From: Mustelus asterias
Lineage: Eukaryota
Assembly (NCBI RefSeq): GCF_964213995.1
Contig: NC_135819.1
Span: forward strand, 37,324,001 to 37,388,000
Length of the DNA: 64,000 bases
Reading direction: 5' to 3'
Part shown: piece by piece, positions 23,300-34,948 of the stretch
Layout: each line of letters begins with the position of its first letter
Numbering within the stretch: the first letter of the stretch is position 1
Notes under the pieces: generated by a model
Told to the model about the DNA's origin: nothing
The model's input: only the letters and a program-made list of their open reading frames with translations
Database searches by the model: none
Made by a program: the position numbers and the translations under genes

Positions 23300-25987
23300 G
23301 CTTGCAAGATTGTTCTTTCAGCCCTAAAATTTCAACAGAACATTTTCCATTCCACCTTCATTTCTGCCCAAGAAATCCCCTACGCTTTACAGGATCATGA
23401 GGGCTACTTAAGTTCTCCTGGGACCAAACCAACATGTGCCACATCTCTCTGGAATTCACTCTAATTCTCTTCAGTGTTCATGCTATTCCCAGAGGTGTGA
23501 TAATCCTTGTGATCTTTCCACTAACATTTGACTAGGCGGCTCTCCAATTCTCTTTAGGCACATCATAATTGTGGTCCCACCAGTTCAAGCATGGATGTCA
23601 CTGCTTAATTGTTCAGTGACTCCAAAATTGAAAGTGATCTGGCACTGAAAGGCATGAGTACAGCTTTGTGAATCCTGTGACAAACAGTCTCAGGTGCAGA
23701 GACTGAACCATCAGGTGGGAAAAGGTCATAAGTTTGCAGCCTTAATCTTTGACAATAAAGGGTCTCTATTAGTCCATTACCTGACGTGCTGTGCTGTGAA
23801 AGGCAGCGTCTAGGAAGTTTAAGACCATTACAATCTCCTGCGGTACTAGAGCGAGTGACAAACGGAAGGTGGCTTAAAGTGTCTGCATTGCTTATATCTG
23901 CCACTGTCTAATATTCGAAAGCAATATTCATAGCCTGACAAAAACAGTGCGTATTGCTGTATTCTAGTAGAAACAATTTGAGGGAATTGCTTTGTCTTCC
24001 CTGAAAATACCTAAGAGTGGCTTGTGGTCGGTGATGTTAGTAAAATGTCTCCTGTATATGTACTGATGAAAAATCTGGATGCTGCAGGCAACAATCAAGC
24101 CTTCCTTCCTTTCAGCAATGAGGCCTTTCTACCTGTGAGTATCCTCTTTCCGTGTCTCTCAGGATTCTTGAGACGTACGCAATAGATCTCTTGGATCTAT
24201 CATCCATTGTGTGGGATAACACAGATCCAGCTCCATGTGGTGATGTATCATATTTAAATACTATCTTCTTAGAGGGATCAAAATGCACTAAGGTTTAAAG
24301 TTAAAGTTTATTTATTCGTGTCACAAGTAGGCTTACATTTAACACGGCAATGAAATTACTGTGAAAATCCCCTAGTTGCCACACTCCAGCGTCTGTTCGG
24401 GTACACTGAGGGAGAATTTAGCATGGCCAGTACACCTAACTGGCACGTCTTCGGACTGTGGGAGGAAACCGGAGCACCCGGAGGAAACCCACACAGACAA
24501 AGGGGAGAACTTACAAACTCCGCACAGACAGTGACCCAAGCCGAGAATCGAACCCAGGTCCCTGGCGCTGTGAGGCAGCAGTGCTAACCACTGTGCCAGA
24601 AGATTGAAGTGCCTGCTTAACTTGGTTAAAAGCCACTTTTCATGATGTTTTCCCACACTATCTCTGGTGCTTCTTTAGTAGCACATACAATGGTGTTAGT
24701 AATGTTGATAGATGTGGGAGCAAGTACCCATAATAGTAGCCCATCCCAAGGAAGGAACTGAGTTCTGGATGGTCCCTCGGACCAATCTCTCCTTAATAGC
24801 CATTTCGTTCCTCCGTTGGACAATCCACCACACTATGCATTGGGGCTGGATTATTTACACTGCTTGCACTGGGCTGGACCTGTTTGCTTTTACATTTGTG
24901 CTTTAAATGATCTTTCTTTCTGCACCCGAAGCTTTCTGCTCCTCTAAATCTACACATTTCTCGGGAGTGGCTTCCCCCACATCGGAAGCATGCTGTATTA
25001 CTCCTAGGCTGCTGAAATCTTTAGTGATTCTTCCTGCTTCAGCATTCAACTTACAGCTTGAGCTTGATCCCATGCCCTTGCTTCTGGTATCATTACGACT
25101 CACAGTTTCCCACCCTAACTAATGGACCTTGATGCTTTGCACATTTTGTAACTCCGGAGTGCCCTTCTCGGCACTCCCTATCATTGTCACCATTTCCAGT
25201 GCCTTCTTAATACTCAACTCTGGCTCAACACACAGTTTACTTTGTATAGCTGCATTATTTACACCGCATACCAATCAATCTCTCAACATGTCATTTAAAG
25301 CTGGCCTGAAGTCATGCTTGGCCATCTGCTTTAGCCATGCTACAGAGGCCCTGGGGCCCTCCCCTTTGAGTTAAACTTACATCTTTGCAGTATTACCGAG
25401 GCTTTAGAGTGCAATGCCCCATTGCTAGTTCAACGAGCCCTGCAAATTTCTTTGTGTTGGATGAATCCAGGAACGTTACAACACGGATCAAGTTATACAT
25501 CTGGCTCCCTTATGCAAAAAGTAAAATGACTTTCCTCTTATCTTTCCTCACTATTCCTTTAGTCCTGATAAAATACTCCAACATTTCCACATACTGTACC
25601 CAGTGGTCACCTTGAAGTCTTCTCGCTTCCCAAAGAGAGGAGTGCCTGTTCCCTCATTTTCAGGCTTGGACTCATCTGATTCACTGCAGTTTTGCAATGA
25701 CTTACTCTTAAAATTGTTCACTACAAACAGAGTCACTTTGGTTTACCTCATCACCAATGTAGCAATTAGAACTGGTGACCACCAGTTGGTATAATGAACT
25801 ATAACAGCTTCATTTACAAACAGATAATTATATATAGAGTAATTTCACAATGTTAACATTTCCAGCCCTAGGGTCTAATCTGCTTGCAAAAGCTCATGCT
25901 CTACAAGAAGATCCCCATCTTGTTCTCTATTGGGTGATCATCACATGACCCTCCGAGTGTACATTCCTTAAAGGGCCTGTTACTACA
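23300..25987 (-). mobile_element. Decayed Gypsy (Mag-clade) element: 5' LTR, gag and partial pol
   Basis: LTR 25758-25987 (TG..CA); PBS TGGTGATGAGG at 25746-25756; gag WVQYVEMLEYF..LNDMLRD*LVCGVNN, CWRCGGSH; RNase H LVHFDPSKKI..DTSPHGAGSVLSH..IAYVSR; TDHKPLLGIF; NADTLSHLP; 3' LTR not found. Confidence 0.85.
24293..24598 (-). mobile_element. V-SINE, tail type A
   Basis: Nested in Gypsy pol. Confidence 0.9.
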
Positions 25988-26798
25988 ATATGCTAATTGG
26001 GATCTGATGAGCTCCTTGGGCATGGGCAGCATTCCTAACTTCCACCTGAGCTGTCATGGCTTCCCTGCCAGGTGAGGCTAGTGTGACAGGGATTGGGAAG
26101 CTGAACAGGGCCTCCTGATGAGGCTTTAAACTTTCCTTTGTGGGGCCTGGAGGGCTAATTGTGCCACAAAGATAGATTAGACCTCCATTGCCCTGCACTC
26201 AGCCCACCTTCCTGATATTCACCAATGTCAATGGATAGTTCTTGGCCATTTCCCACCTGACGCTGCTGACTTGTTCATAAGACTCACATTTCTTCTGCAC
26301 ATGATGGCAGTGTTTATCTGCATGTAACCTCTGTTTTTGCAGTGCGCTTAACACCATCAATGTTTTGTGCAGCTGTATGTATCTATAAACCTCGCCTTGA
26401 TCTACGTGCTTTCCTAACAGAGGAGACAGACTTTGGTGACTACTGCTTACCCTAAGAGTTGCTGCAACACTAGATTGGGGCAATAAATACCTGTCCTCCA
26501 TCATTAGTTCAGGGGACCTCCAGTGCTTGAGATACTTGCTACCCCGGTTCAGCAACATTTCTGGAAGCCACTTATATCTGGTGTCACTACCGTCTCATGC
26601 CGACACCAAAAAAAACCCGAAACAACAAAAGTGCAGTGATCTCGTCCAACTTATTCCTGCAGCCATTCAGTTGCCTCAATCTAGTACCCGATTACACTTG
26701 AGCTTCCATATTATCTTTGATTCTTCCACTTTACCATGTAGACCATTCCAAAACCCAACGCCATTTTTTAAATTTTACTTGGCGCATGTTTAAACTTG

Positions 26799-27132
26799 GA
26801 ATCATAGAATCATAGAATTCCTACAGTGCTGAAAGAGGCCATTCGGCCCATCCAGCCTGCACCGGCAACAATCCCACCCAGGCCCTATTCCCCGTAGCTC
26901 CACATATTTACCCTGCTAATCCACCTGACACTAAGGGCAATTTAGCATGGCCAATCCACTTAACCTGCATATCTTTGGAGTGTGGGAGGAAACCAGAGCA
27001 CCCAGAGGAAACCCACGCAGATATGGGGAGAATGTGCAAACTCCACACAGGCAATGACCTAAACTGGGAATCGAACCCAGGTCCCCAGCGCTGTGAGGCA
27101 GCAGTGCTAACCACTGTGCCACCGTGCTGCCC
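26799..27132 (-). mobile_element. HE1 V-SINE, tail type B, full length
   Basis: Head, V domain, (gattctat)n tail. Confidence 0.9.
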
Positions 27133-27446
27133 TAAAACTCAAACCACTTCTGGCAGCGGTGGGATACTGAGGTTCTGCTGACTTGCACCAAACCAATGCA
27201 AAAATATTGAAGCATCTCCAAGTGTGAATTACATTCAGCGCACATCAGAGCTCTATGGTCTTTGACATTGGTTTAAAAGACCATTGTGATGGAAGCTGAC
27301 CCTATCCACAAAACTGGCCAATTAATCAGGGTGGCATGTTTTTACAAATAGCATCTTTTGGGACCCTTCAATGGGGCTCCCCAAGTTTTCTTTAGAAGGT
27401 GCACAGACATTACTACCAGTTTTTCAAAATGTTAAAATAATTTAAA

Positions 27447-27778
27447 TTTTTTAAAATACTTTTCCAATTCAATCAAATCAAATCCAATTCAGAGTCTCAA
27501 CAAGTTGAGACATTTCCGATCCAGGCTGACAAGACAGGGCAAGCGACCATTTACCCTGTCCTGGGCCTGATCTACATGAGCCAAGCTGATTGGAGGAGGG
27601 GGAGGTTTCCTCCTCCAAGGCTTGATCTCATTTGCATCTTAGCCAAAAGGCCGAGATGCCGCTTTTAAAAATTGCTTCATATGAATATATGAAGCTTAAA
27701 TACAACCCAACAGCCTCAGCCAAGCACAGCATCCTCTCCACACTACACTTGATCTTAGCCAAAAGGCTGAGAAGCGAT
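27447..27778 (-). mobile_element. U2 snRNA-headed structured short retroposon candidate (SINEU- or Keno-like)
   Basis: U2 nt 1-37 at 27778-27742; second U2 nt 7-27 copy at 27656-27636; four further hairpins; A6 tract at 27452-27447. Confidence 0.65.
27742..27778 (-). pseudogene. RNU2: U2 snRNA 5' fragment (nt 1-37)
   Basis: ATCGCTTCTCAGCCTTTTGGCTAAGATCAAGTGTAGT, 36/37 identical to the vertebrate U2 5' end. Confidence 0.9.
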
Positions 27779-28140
27779 ATTAAAATTACTTTACTAAGAA
27801 ACTGATTAGGGTACACCAACGAACTAGTAAATGGTTCAGTGTAGATCTTTTTGAGTAATCAGGACTCACAAATGCACGGACAGACACCCTTATTTAAAAT
27901 GCTTATAGTTTTCACCAGGTTGTCACTCAGATAAATCAAGGATTTTCTTTAGAGGAAAAAAGTTAAACAGTTACATTCTGGAACGCTGCCTGATTACATT
28001 GGGTCTATTTGTGATTATGCAAATAACTTTGAATAGATAGTTGAACTGTAACTTCACTTCGGAAAACTGGCGCAATTTCAAACGCAATTTGAACCCAGAT
28101 TGCTGATTGCGTCTAATTTAAAACCAGGCTTCATTGTTCG

Positions 28141-28520
28141 AAAGAAAGAATCTGCATTTGTGTAGCACCAATCCAAAGGATGCTTCAAAGTGTTATTGTT
28201 GAACTAGTTACTGTCGTTATGGAGACAAACTTGCAAACAGCAAAGCACCACAGAAATTAAGGTAGCATAAACAAAATGGAATGAGTCCAGTTGGTCTTTT
28301 TTGCTTGGAGTGTTGGCCGAGGAAACAATATTGTCAAGGCTAGTTTCTTCAACCAATGGCATGGGGTCTTTTACAACTACCTGATCAGCTAAACAGGCCT
28401 TCATTTCAAGGTCTCACTCAAAAGGTGGTACCTGCTTCATACAAGGCTCTTTGGGCACTGTGCTGAAGTCTGGATGTGCAGTTTGAAACCACAACCTTTT
28501 TGGAATAGAGCGTACCAGCA
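28141..28520 (-). mobile_element. Old Deu-domain SINE (SacSINE1/AmnSINE-like)
   Basis: ggcatggggtcttttacaactacctga..ggccttcatttcaaggtctcactcaaaagg resembles the reverse Deu domain; L2-like tail at 28141-28170. Confidence 0.55.
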
Positions 28521-28819
28521 CCAAGCTCGGGTGGGACTTCAGGACAAATTTTATAAATAAAACACTGTGAGTAGTGACCCCAACCGCCCAATATTTCCTA
28601 TCCACTCATTTTAATGCGCAGTAAAACATGGACAGCATGCTATGATTTTGCAAATGTGTACAGACCAGGCAATCAGAGTATCTGAACCTTCAGCTAATAA
28701 CACATAGCTGGCTGATGAACTGCTCAGATGCTTCTGTATTGCACCCTTGCTGTGGGCCATCTTTTGAGGAACTCTGGAGGGGACAGAGCATACATATCTA
28801 TGAGGTTCCAACATCCTCC

Positions 28820-29141
28820 GGGCAGCATGGTGGTTAGCACTGCTGCCTCACAGCATCAGAGATCCGAGTTCAATTCCCAGCTTGGGTGATTGTCTGTGTG
28901 GAGTTTCCACATTCTCCCCGTGTCTGCATGAGTTTCCTCCGGGTGATCCAGTTTTCTCCTACAGTCCAAAAATGTGCGAGTTACGTTGACTAGCCATGCT
29001 AAATTGATCCTTAGTGTTAGGGGGATGACAGGGGATTAGTAGGCTAAATATGTGGGGTTGCAGGGATGGGGCCTGGGTGGGATTGTTGTCGGTGAGGGCT
29101 CGATGGGTCAAATGGGCACTGTAGGTATTCTATGATTCTAT
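28820..29141 (+). mobile_element. HE1 V-SINE, tail type B
   Basis: Head, V domain, ttctatgattcta tail. Confidence 0.85.
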
Positions 29142-29547
29142 CCTCCCCATTGGCTGCTATTGTAACCATGCATTGGGTTACTGTTGTGTTCAGTTCAGTT
29201 GCCACTGGTACCAATGTATTAAGAAAGCAAATGCATATATTGTTGTTTATTGTAAGTGAAATGGAATATAGAAGTAGGGATGTTTTGCTTCAATTGTCCA
29301 AGGCATTGGTGAGACCACATCTGGAGTACTGAGTACAATTTTGATTTTTCTGTTTAAAAAAGGATATAAATGCATTGGAAGTAGTTCAGAGAAGGTTTAC
29401 TCGACTGATACCTGGAATTTGGGATGTGGGGTTACGCAGTTACCTTATGAGGAAAGTTTGGACAGGCTGGACCTGTATCCATTGGAGTTTAGATAAGAAC
29501 CGATTTTATTGAAATATATAAGCTCCTGAGGGGACTTGACAGGGTGG

Positions 29548-29963
29548 ATGATTTGATTTGATTTATTATTGTCACATGCATTAGCATACAGTGAAAAATG
29601 TATTGTTTCTTGCGTGCTTTACAGACAAAGCATACTGTTCATAGAGAAGGAAACGAGGGACTGCAGAATGTAGAGTTACATCATAGCTAGGGGATAGAGA
29701 AAGATCAACTTAACACAAGGTAGGTCCATTCAAAGGTCTGATGGCAGCAGGGAAGAAGCTGTTCTTGTGTCAGTTGGTCAGTGACCTCAGACTTTTGTAT
29801 TGCTTTCCTGATGGAAGAATGTGGAAGAGAGAATGTCCGGGGTGTGTGGGGTCCTTAATTATGCTGGCTGCTTTGCCGAGGCAGCGGGAAGTGTAGACAG
29901 AGTCAATGGATGGGAGGCTGGTTTGTGTGATGGATTGGGCTACATTCACGACCTTTTGTAGTG
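29548..29963 (-). mobile_element. Rex1/Babar-like LINE 3' fragment
   Basis: LQKVVNVAQSITQTSLPSIDSVYTSRC..; (aatca)n tail. Confidence 0.85.
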
Positions 29964-30030
29964 TCTTGCACTGAAAGGATGTTTTCCCTTGTGGGAGACG
30001 AGAACTATGGGAACACAGTTTAAACATGAG

Positions 30031-30157
30031 GGGCTGAATTTTACTGTCCCACTCGCCAAGGGAATCGTAGCGGGTGAAACACAGACCATGCAAAGGTCCG
30101 TTGGCCTTGGGTGAGATCTGCCGGCTTTGGGGCGGGCGTGGCCGGAAAATCCGGCCC
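30031..30157. mobile_element. ~125-bp Harbinger-type MITE
   Basis: gggctgaatttt...aaaatccggccc inverted termini; interrupts CR1. Confidence 0.8.
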
Positions 30158-31404
30158 AAGGGGTCTCCCGTTGAGGAGATATTTTTTCTCTCAGAGGGCC
30201 ATGAGCCTTCGGAACTCTCTTCCCCAGAATGCGGTGGAGGCAGGGCCATTGAATAAGGTTGAGTTAGATAGATTCTTGACTAACGATGGGGTCAAAGGTT
30301 ACCAGGGATAGGTGGGAACATGGAGTTTGGCCATGATCACATTGAATGGCAGAGCCGGCTTGAAGCACCAGATGATTTCCCCCTGCTCCTAATTCGTATG
30401 TTGGTATCAATGAAAGAGGATGTCGCTCTGACCAATTATTGATCCTTCCCAGTATGTCAATCACACAGCATTGGAACTTGTCGACACGGTCTATGGGTTT
30501 AATGAGCCTGTAGTGGAATGCCAGAAGAGCTGTTACTCGTAGGGATGATGCTTCTCCACTCCGGATCAAGCTCCATCCCTTTGGTTTTCCCCATTAGTGT
30601 TCTGCAAAATATTCAGCGCTTCCTCATTCTTCTCATTCCTTAAATTCCCAACCTCTGATTTCTGGGCTGTCAACAATGATTCTGGGTGTTTTGGTTCCTG
30701 CTACAGTCTATTAGTTTCCGCACCATCATCTGAAGACAGTGCAGAATACAATTAAGAGTACATTAGCAGACATCTCCAATCCACAATTGGCTTTGAAAGT
30801 AATGAACTGCAAAATTGTCGTTCTCAGTGTGAGAGAATAGAAATGCTGATGTTAATTGCTGTGCAAATCAGGAGGAGATAGCACGAAGCTTCTATATACC
30901 ACCTGGTGCATGTCCCCCTCCCACCTCATCAGGAGAAGTGCCTTCAACTATCTCTATGGCAATGCAGGGCCATTATCCTTCCCTCAAAAGGCTGTCAAAG
31001 GTTTTACTGTTTTCAGGCTCCCTCCAGTAGCTCTGCAGAGCTGGAATTGGAAATTATTTTTATTCTGCAAATGTTATATGCTATTGCGTTTCTTTTAAGC
31101 AAAATTTTATGTTGCTCTGCTATCCATCCAGAGCATGGATGCTGCAGTTATGAAGAGACCTCATTCAGACATGGAACATTGTGAGCTATTATTCACTGCA
31201 AATAGCAAATCACCACTGACCAAAAACAGCCAGGAAAATGGCTCAGAATAAAGTATCAGCAGCCAATGAGCCAAGCACCTGTCTTTGGGTAAAGTACACA
31301 TCAGTACATGTATGTCGCTACCTTCACATAAATGAAGAACTTTCATTGTACCAACACTAGTACAAGACAACAGAATGAGTCTTTTCCCCTGGTTTCTGTG
31401 GCTG

Positions 31405-31570
31405 TGACTCATCTTCCATTCCCTCACCCTGCGGTATAAATATCTCTCACTTTCTCTGCCTTTTAACTTTGACAAAGGATCATCTGGACTCGAAACGTCA
31501 GCTCTTTTTTCTCCTTACAGATGCTGTCAGGCCTGCTGAGATTTTCCAGCATTTTCTCTTTTGGTTTTTG
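31405..31570 (+). mobile_element. Penelope-like terminal fragment (second family) with degenerate hammerhead motif
   Basis: tttgacaaaggatcatctggactcgaaacgtc..cagatgctg..cctgctgagattttccagcattttc. Confidence 0.65.
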
Positions 31571-31645
31571 CAAAGAAATTAGTTAAAGTTTGAATATGTT
31601 AAACTGTATGCCTGCAGTCTGTAAAAAAGCCTACAACAATTCAAG

Positions 31646-31834
31646 TCCAGAGATGTGCAGGTTAGGTGGATTGGCCATGTTAAATTGCCCCAAGAGGTGC
31701 AGGTTAGGGGGATTCGTGGGGTAAATATGTGGGGTTAGGGGGATAGGGTGGGCCTGGGTAAGATGCTGTGCTGGAGAGTTGGTGCAGGGTTGATGGGCCG
31801 AATGGCCTCCTTCAGCACTGTAGGGATTCTATGA
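31646..31834 (+). mobile_element. 5'-truncated HE1 V-SINE, tail type B
   Basis: gatgggccgaatggcctccttcagcactgtagggattctatg. Confidence 0.8.
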
Positions 31835-31994
31835 CTAACCTGATATGATAATCCTAAACTTCACTTTCCCACCTTATCCCCATAATCCCTGATTCCCTTT
31901 CTGATTACTTACCACGCAACTTTGCAACTAATGAACCTGATGGGAAGAAACCTAAATACCTTCACCCAGATGATTCACACAAACAGAAATCAAG

Positions 31995-32379
31995 GCCTCG
32001 ATTCTCCCAAAAGTGCTGAATTGGTGGGAGAACTGTTCTAAATCCCGACTGTCCTGTCAGTTCAGCTTCTCACCTGAATCTCGTGAATATCGTTAAAAGC
32101 CCGGGGGGGGGCGGGCGGCGGGCGGGGCCTATACGCACCAGAGTCTGACAGCTCCGGAACTCTGCGCATGTGCAGTGGTCCTGATCTGTCAGTCTCCCCG
32201 TTTGCTGGCCAGCTCGATCGCTGGCCAGCCCAGGACCCCCGCAGTGCTGCCCCTCCAGCAACCCCCCCATGGCCGCCTGATCACGGCCCCCACAGCAATT
32301 CCCAGGCCAGCCCCGACCACCCCTGCCCCCCCACGCCTGCTACAATTCCCACGGTGGGTGAGACAGGAAAATTCTGCCC
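31995..32379. mobile_element. Harbinger-type MITE, GC-rich
   Basis: Starts ggcctcgattctccc and ends ggaaaattctgccc. Confidence 0.55.
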
Positions 32380-32437
32380 TTTGGGTGCCATTGCACATAA
32401 AGAACAAGGATGGCATCCCAGGATTTTTGGGCTTCTT

Positions 32438-32968
32438 TATAGAATCATAGAATCATAGAATTCTTACAGTGCAGAAGGAGGCCATTCAGCCCATCAAGCT
32501 TGCACCGACTCTCCGAAAGAGTATCTTACCCAGGCCCACATCCTCATCCTATCACCACCAGTAACTCCATGCTTTTAGCATGTTCGCTAATCTACCTAAC
32601 CCGCACGACTGTGGGAGAGAACCGGAGTATGTGGAGGAAACCCATGCAGACAAAGGGAGAACGTGCAAGCTCCACACAGACAATCACCCAAGATGGGACT
32701 CGAACCCGGGTCCCTGGCGCTGTGAGGCAACAGTGCTAACCATTGTGCCACTGTGCCACAGATTGGTCATGCTAATTTGTCCTTTAGCATCCCAAAGATG
32801 TTTAGGCTAGGTGGGTTAGCCATGGTAAATGTACAGGGTTACAGAGACAGGGTGGCGGGCGGGGGGGGGGGGGGGGGGGGGGCCTGAGTGGGGTGCTCTT
32901 TCAGCGAGTCAGTGCAGACTCAATGGGCTGGGTGGCCTCTTTCTGCACTGTAGGCGTTCTATGGTTCA
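32438..32968. mobile_element. Head-to-head fused HE1 SINEs (minus copy 32438-32758, plus-strand 3' half 32759-32968)
   Basis: Both tails point outward; no spacer at the junction. Confidence 0.75.
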
Positions 32969-33269
32969 ATGATTAATCATCCCCAATCTTCTGGGCAGAT
33001 TGTTCCACACCAGTGGTGGGACCTAGTAAAATTCCTACCCATGTTTTCTCTTTATTTCATTGAAATGCCTGTTCAATTCAAAAATGAAAACAATACAAAG
33101 GGACATCTCACAAATGTGGACAAATTCAGTGATTGGTTTAATTGTTTTGGCTCAATGATTACCGTTGTTCACTTGCAATCCAGGATGGTCTTGTCGCTCT
33201 TGGATCAAACGGTACAGAATGCATTACTGGTGAATGTAGACAAAAATGAGTACTAAATCTGAACGCAAT

Positions 33270-34405
33270 CTGGGCTGGCACCAGCAGGGAGGCTGTCTTT
33301 TGAATAAGAGATTAATCAGAGGTTTTGTTTACTATCTCGCAACAATCCCATTACTTTAAGGTAGGAAAAGGAATTCTCCCTTGGGTTACCTACAATATTT
33401 ATCCTTCAACCAGCATCATCAAAGAAGCAGGCTATCTAGTCATTACTGTTAAAGGAAATTTGTCATCTGTAAATTGGCTTCTGTGTGGGGAGTGGGACCA
33501 GGTAGATCGCTCTTTCAGGGAGCCAATGCAGCCAAGCCGACATGGAGCTCCCAGGCCAGAGCCCCAAGGAATATTATGAAGCCAGACTGAACCCCGACAA
33601 TTTTTCTATTTTGGCATAAATGTGAGTAAAGGATGCTTCACTCCAGGAGTAATCCCACTGACAAATTAGGGATCTTTTATAAAAACAAGCTTTATTCATA
33701 ACACAGTTTAACTCGAACAACATGTAACAGCTTGACTCGTAACAGTTGAACAATCTTTAAAAATGGAAAGAAACAACTTATCACTATTTCAGTTCCAAAT
33801 AAGTAACATTCTTCTTACCATCTTAAAAAAATCTGCTGTACATATAGTTAACAATCACTGATACACTTGCTATAAAGAATGTAGACAACCTTGGAGTTTT
33901 CAGAGAGATGTAGAGCTTTCAGAAGCCTGAAAAGTTCTCCTAACGTCAACCAGAATAGCCAAACTACCACTCCTTTCAGCAAAAAAATGTTTCTTTCTCC
34001 TACAAATCCAGGACTGCACATAAAGCATAACATCACATGACCCTGTCAATCACTTTAATCTGAAATCCCAGGGGAATTTAAGTAAATGAAAGTCCATTAA
34101 CTCTATTTAATATAACCACTTGCAAGGCTGAAATGAGTATTATCCTGCTTCTCAGCATCTGAGTTGTATTCCTTCCAGATATACTGACTACCTGTAGAAA
34201 AAAGTCTAAACTTTAAAACATTCTCCCGAAACATAAAAAACACACACAATAATAATACATATCATTTACGCACTTTCATTACACTGGGCCACCTGGCCTC
34301 CTTCTGCACTGTGTTTCCCACATGTCAACAGTGAATACACTTCAAAAATGGTGTTATTGGCTGCAGAGCCCTTTCAGTCATCATGAGGATGTGAACGGTG
34401 CTATC
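33270..34405 (+). mobile_element. Deu-domain SINE split by a CR1 tail and an LTR (pieces 33270-33482, 34314-34405)
   Basis: caatatttatccttcaaccagcatc..gtaaattggct ... acagtgaatacacttcaaaa..attggctg. Confidence 0.55.
33527..34283 (-). mobile_element. Solo LTR-like insertion related to 62208-62883
   Basis: Reverse complement contains aactgtgttatgaataaagcttgtttttataaaagatccct, similar to 62730-62775; splits a CR1 3' tail. Confidence 0.55.
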
Positions 34406-34467
34406 TGGGAATTGAAACCAGGTGTGAACCCCTGGCGGAGGGGACCGAGTGTAGGGTAACAAAGGCT

Positions 34468-34548
34468 GCAGATGACACAAAGATGAGTGGGAAAGCAAAT
34501 TGCGTGGAGGACACAGAGAGTCTGCAGAGAGATTTGGATAGGCTAAGT
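34468..34548 (+). mobile_element. Short CR1 RT fragment fused to the 5' end of a SINE
   Basis: ADDTKMSGKANCVEDTESLQRDLDRLS. Confidence 0.75.
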
Positions 34549-34948
34549 GATTCCCAGCTTGTGTCACTGTCTGTGCAGAGTCAGCACATTCTCCCTGTGT
34601 CTGTGTGGATTTCCTCCGGGTGCTCCGGTTTCCTCCCACAGTCTGAAAGACATGCTGGTTAGGTGCACTGGCCATGCTAAATTCTCCCTCAGTGTACGCG
34701 AACAGTCGCTGGAGTGTGGCAACTAGGGGATTTTCACAGTAACTTCATTACAGTGTTAATGTAAGCCTACTTGTAACACTACTTGTGTGAAACAAGTCAT
34801 GCTACAGTCATGCTTAAGAACTTAACAAGCTTAATACTATTTGCCAATCCATGTTATTAATTACAGAATGATATGAATGTCATGCATTTTTAAAATTTGG
34901 CTTCTGACCTTACTTGTAACACTAAAAAATAAAATAAAATAAATAAAA
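34549..34948 (+). mobile_element. 5'-truncated V-SINE type A with a ~135-bp insert in its tail
   Basis: V domain and tail A; insert 34784-34917 copies 35560-35694. Confidence 0.85.

Larger units (their letters stand above)
29220..30400 (+). mobile_element. CR1 (HER1-like) LINE 3' fragment with nested Rex1 and MITE
   Basis: MEYRSRDVLLQLSKALVRPHLEY..LEVVQRRFTRLIPG; tail cctgctcctaattcgtatg. Confidence 0.85.

Noticed and set aside
27742-27778. Functional U2 snRNA gene
   Set aside because: Only nt 1-37 match; no Sm site or 3' stem-loops, and no promoter recognised upstream
32851-32882. Poly-G run as a functional G-quadruplex
   Set aside because: Homopolymer expansion in a SINE variable region; length may be a sequencing artefact
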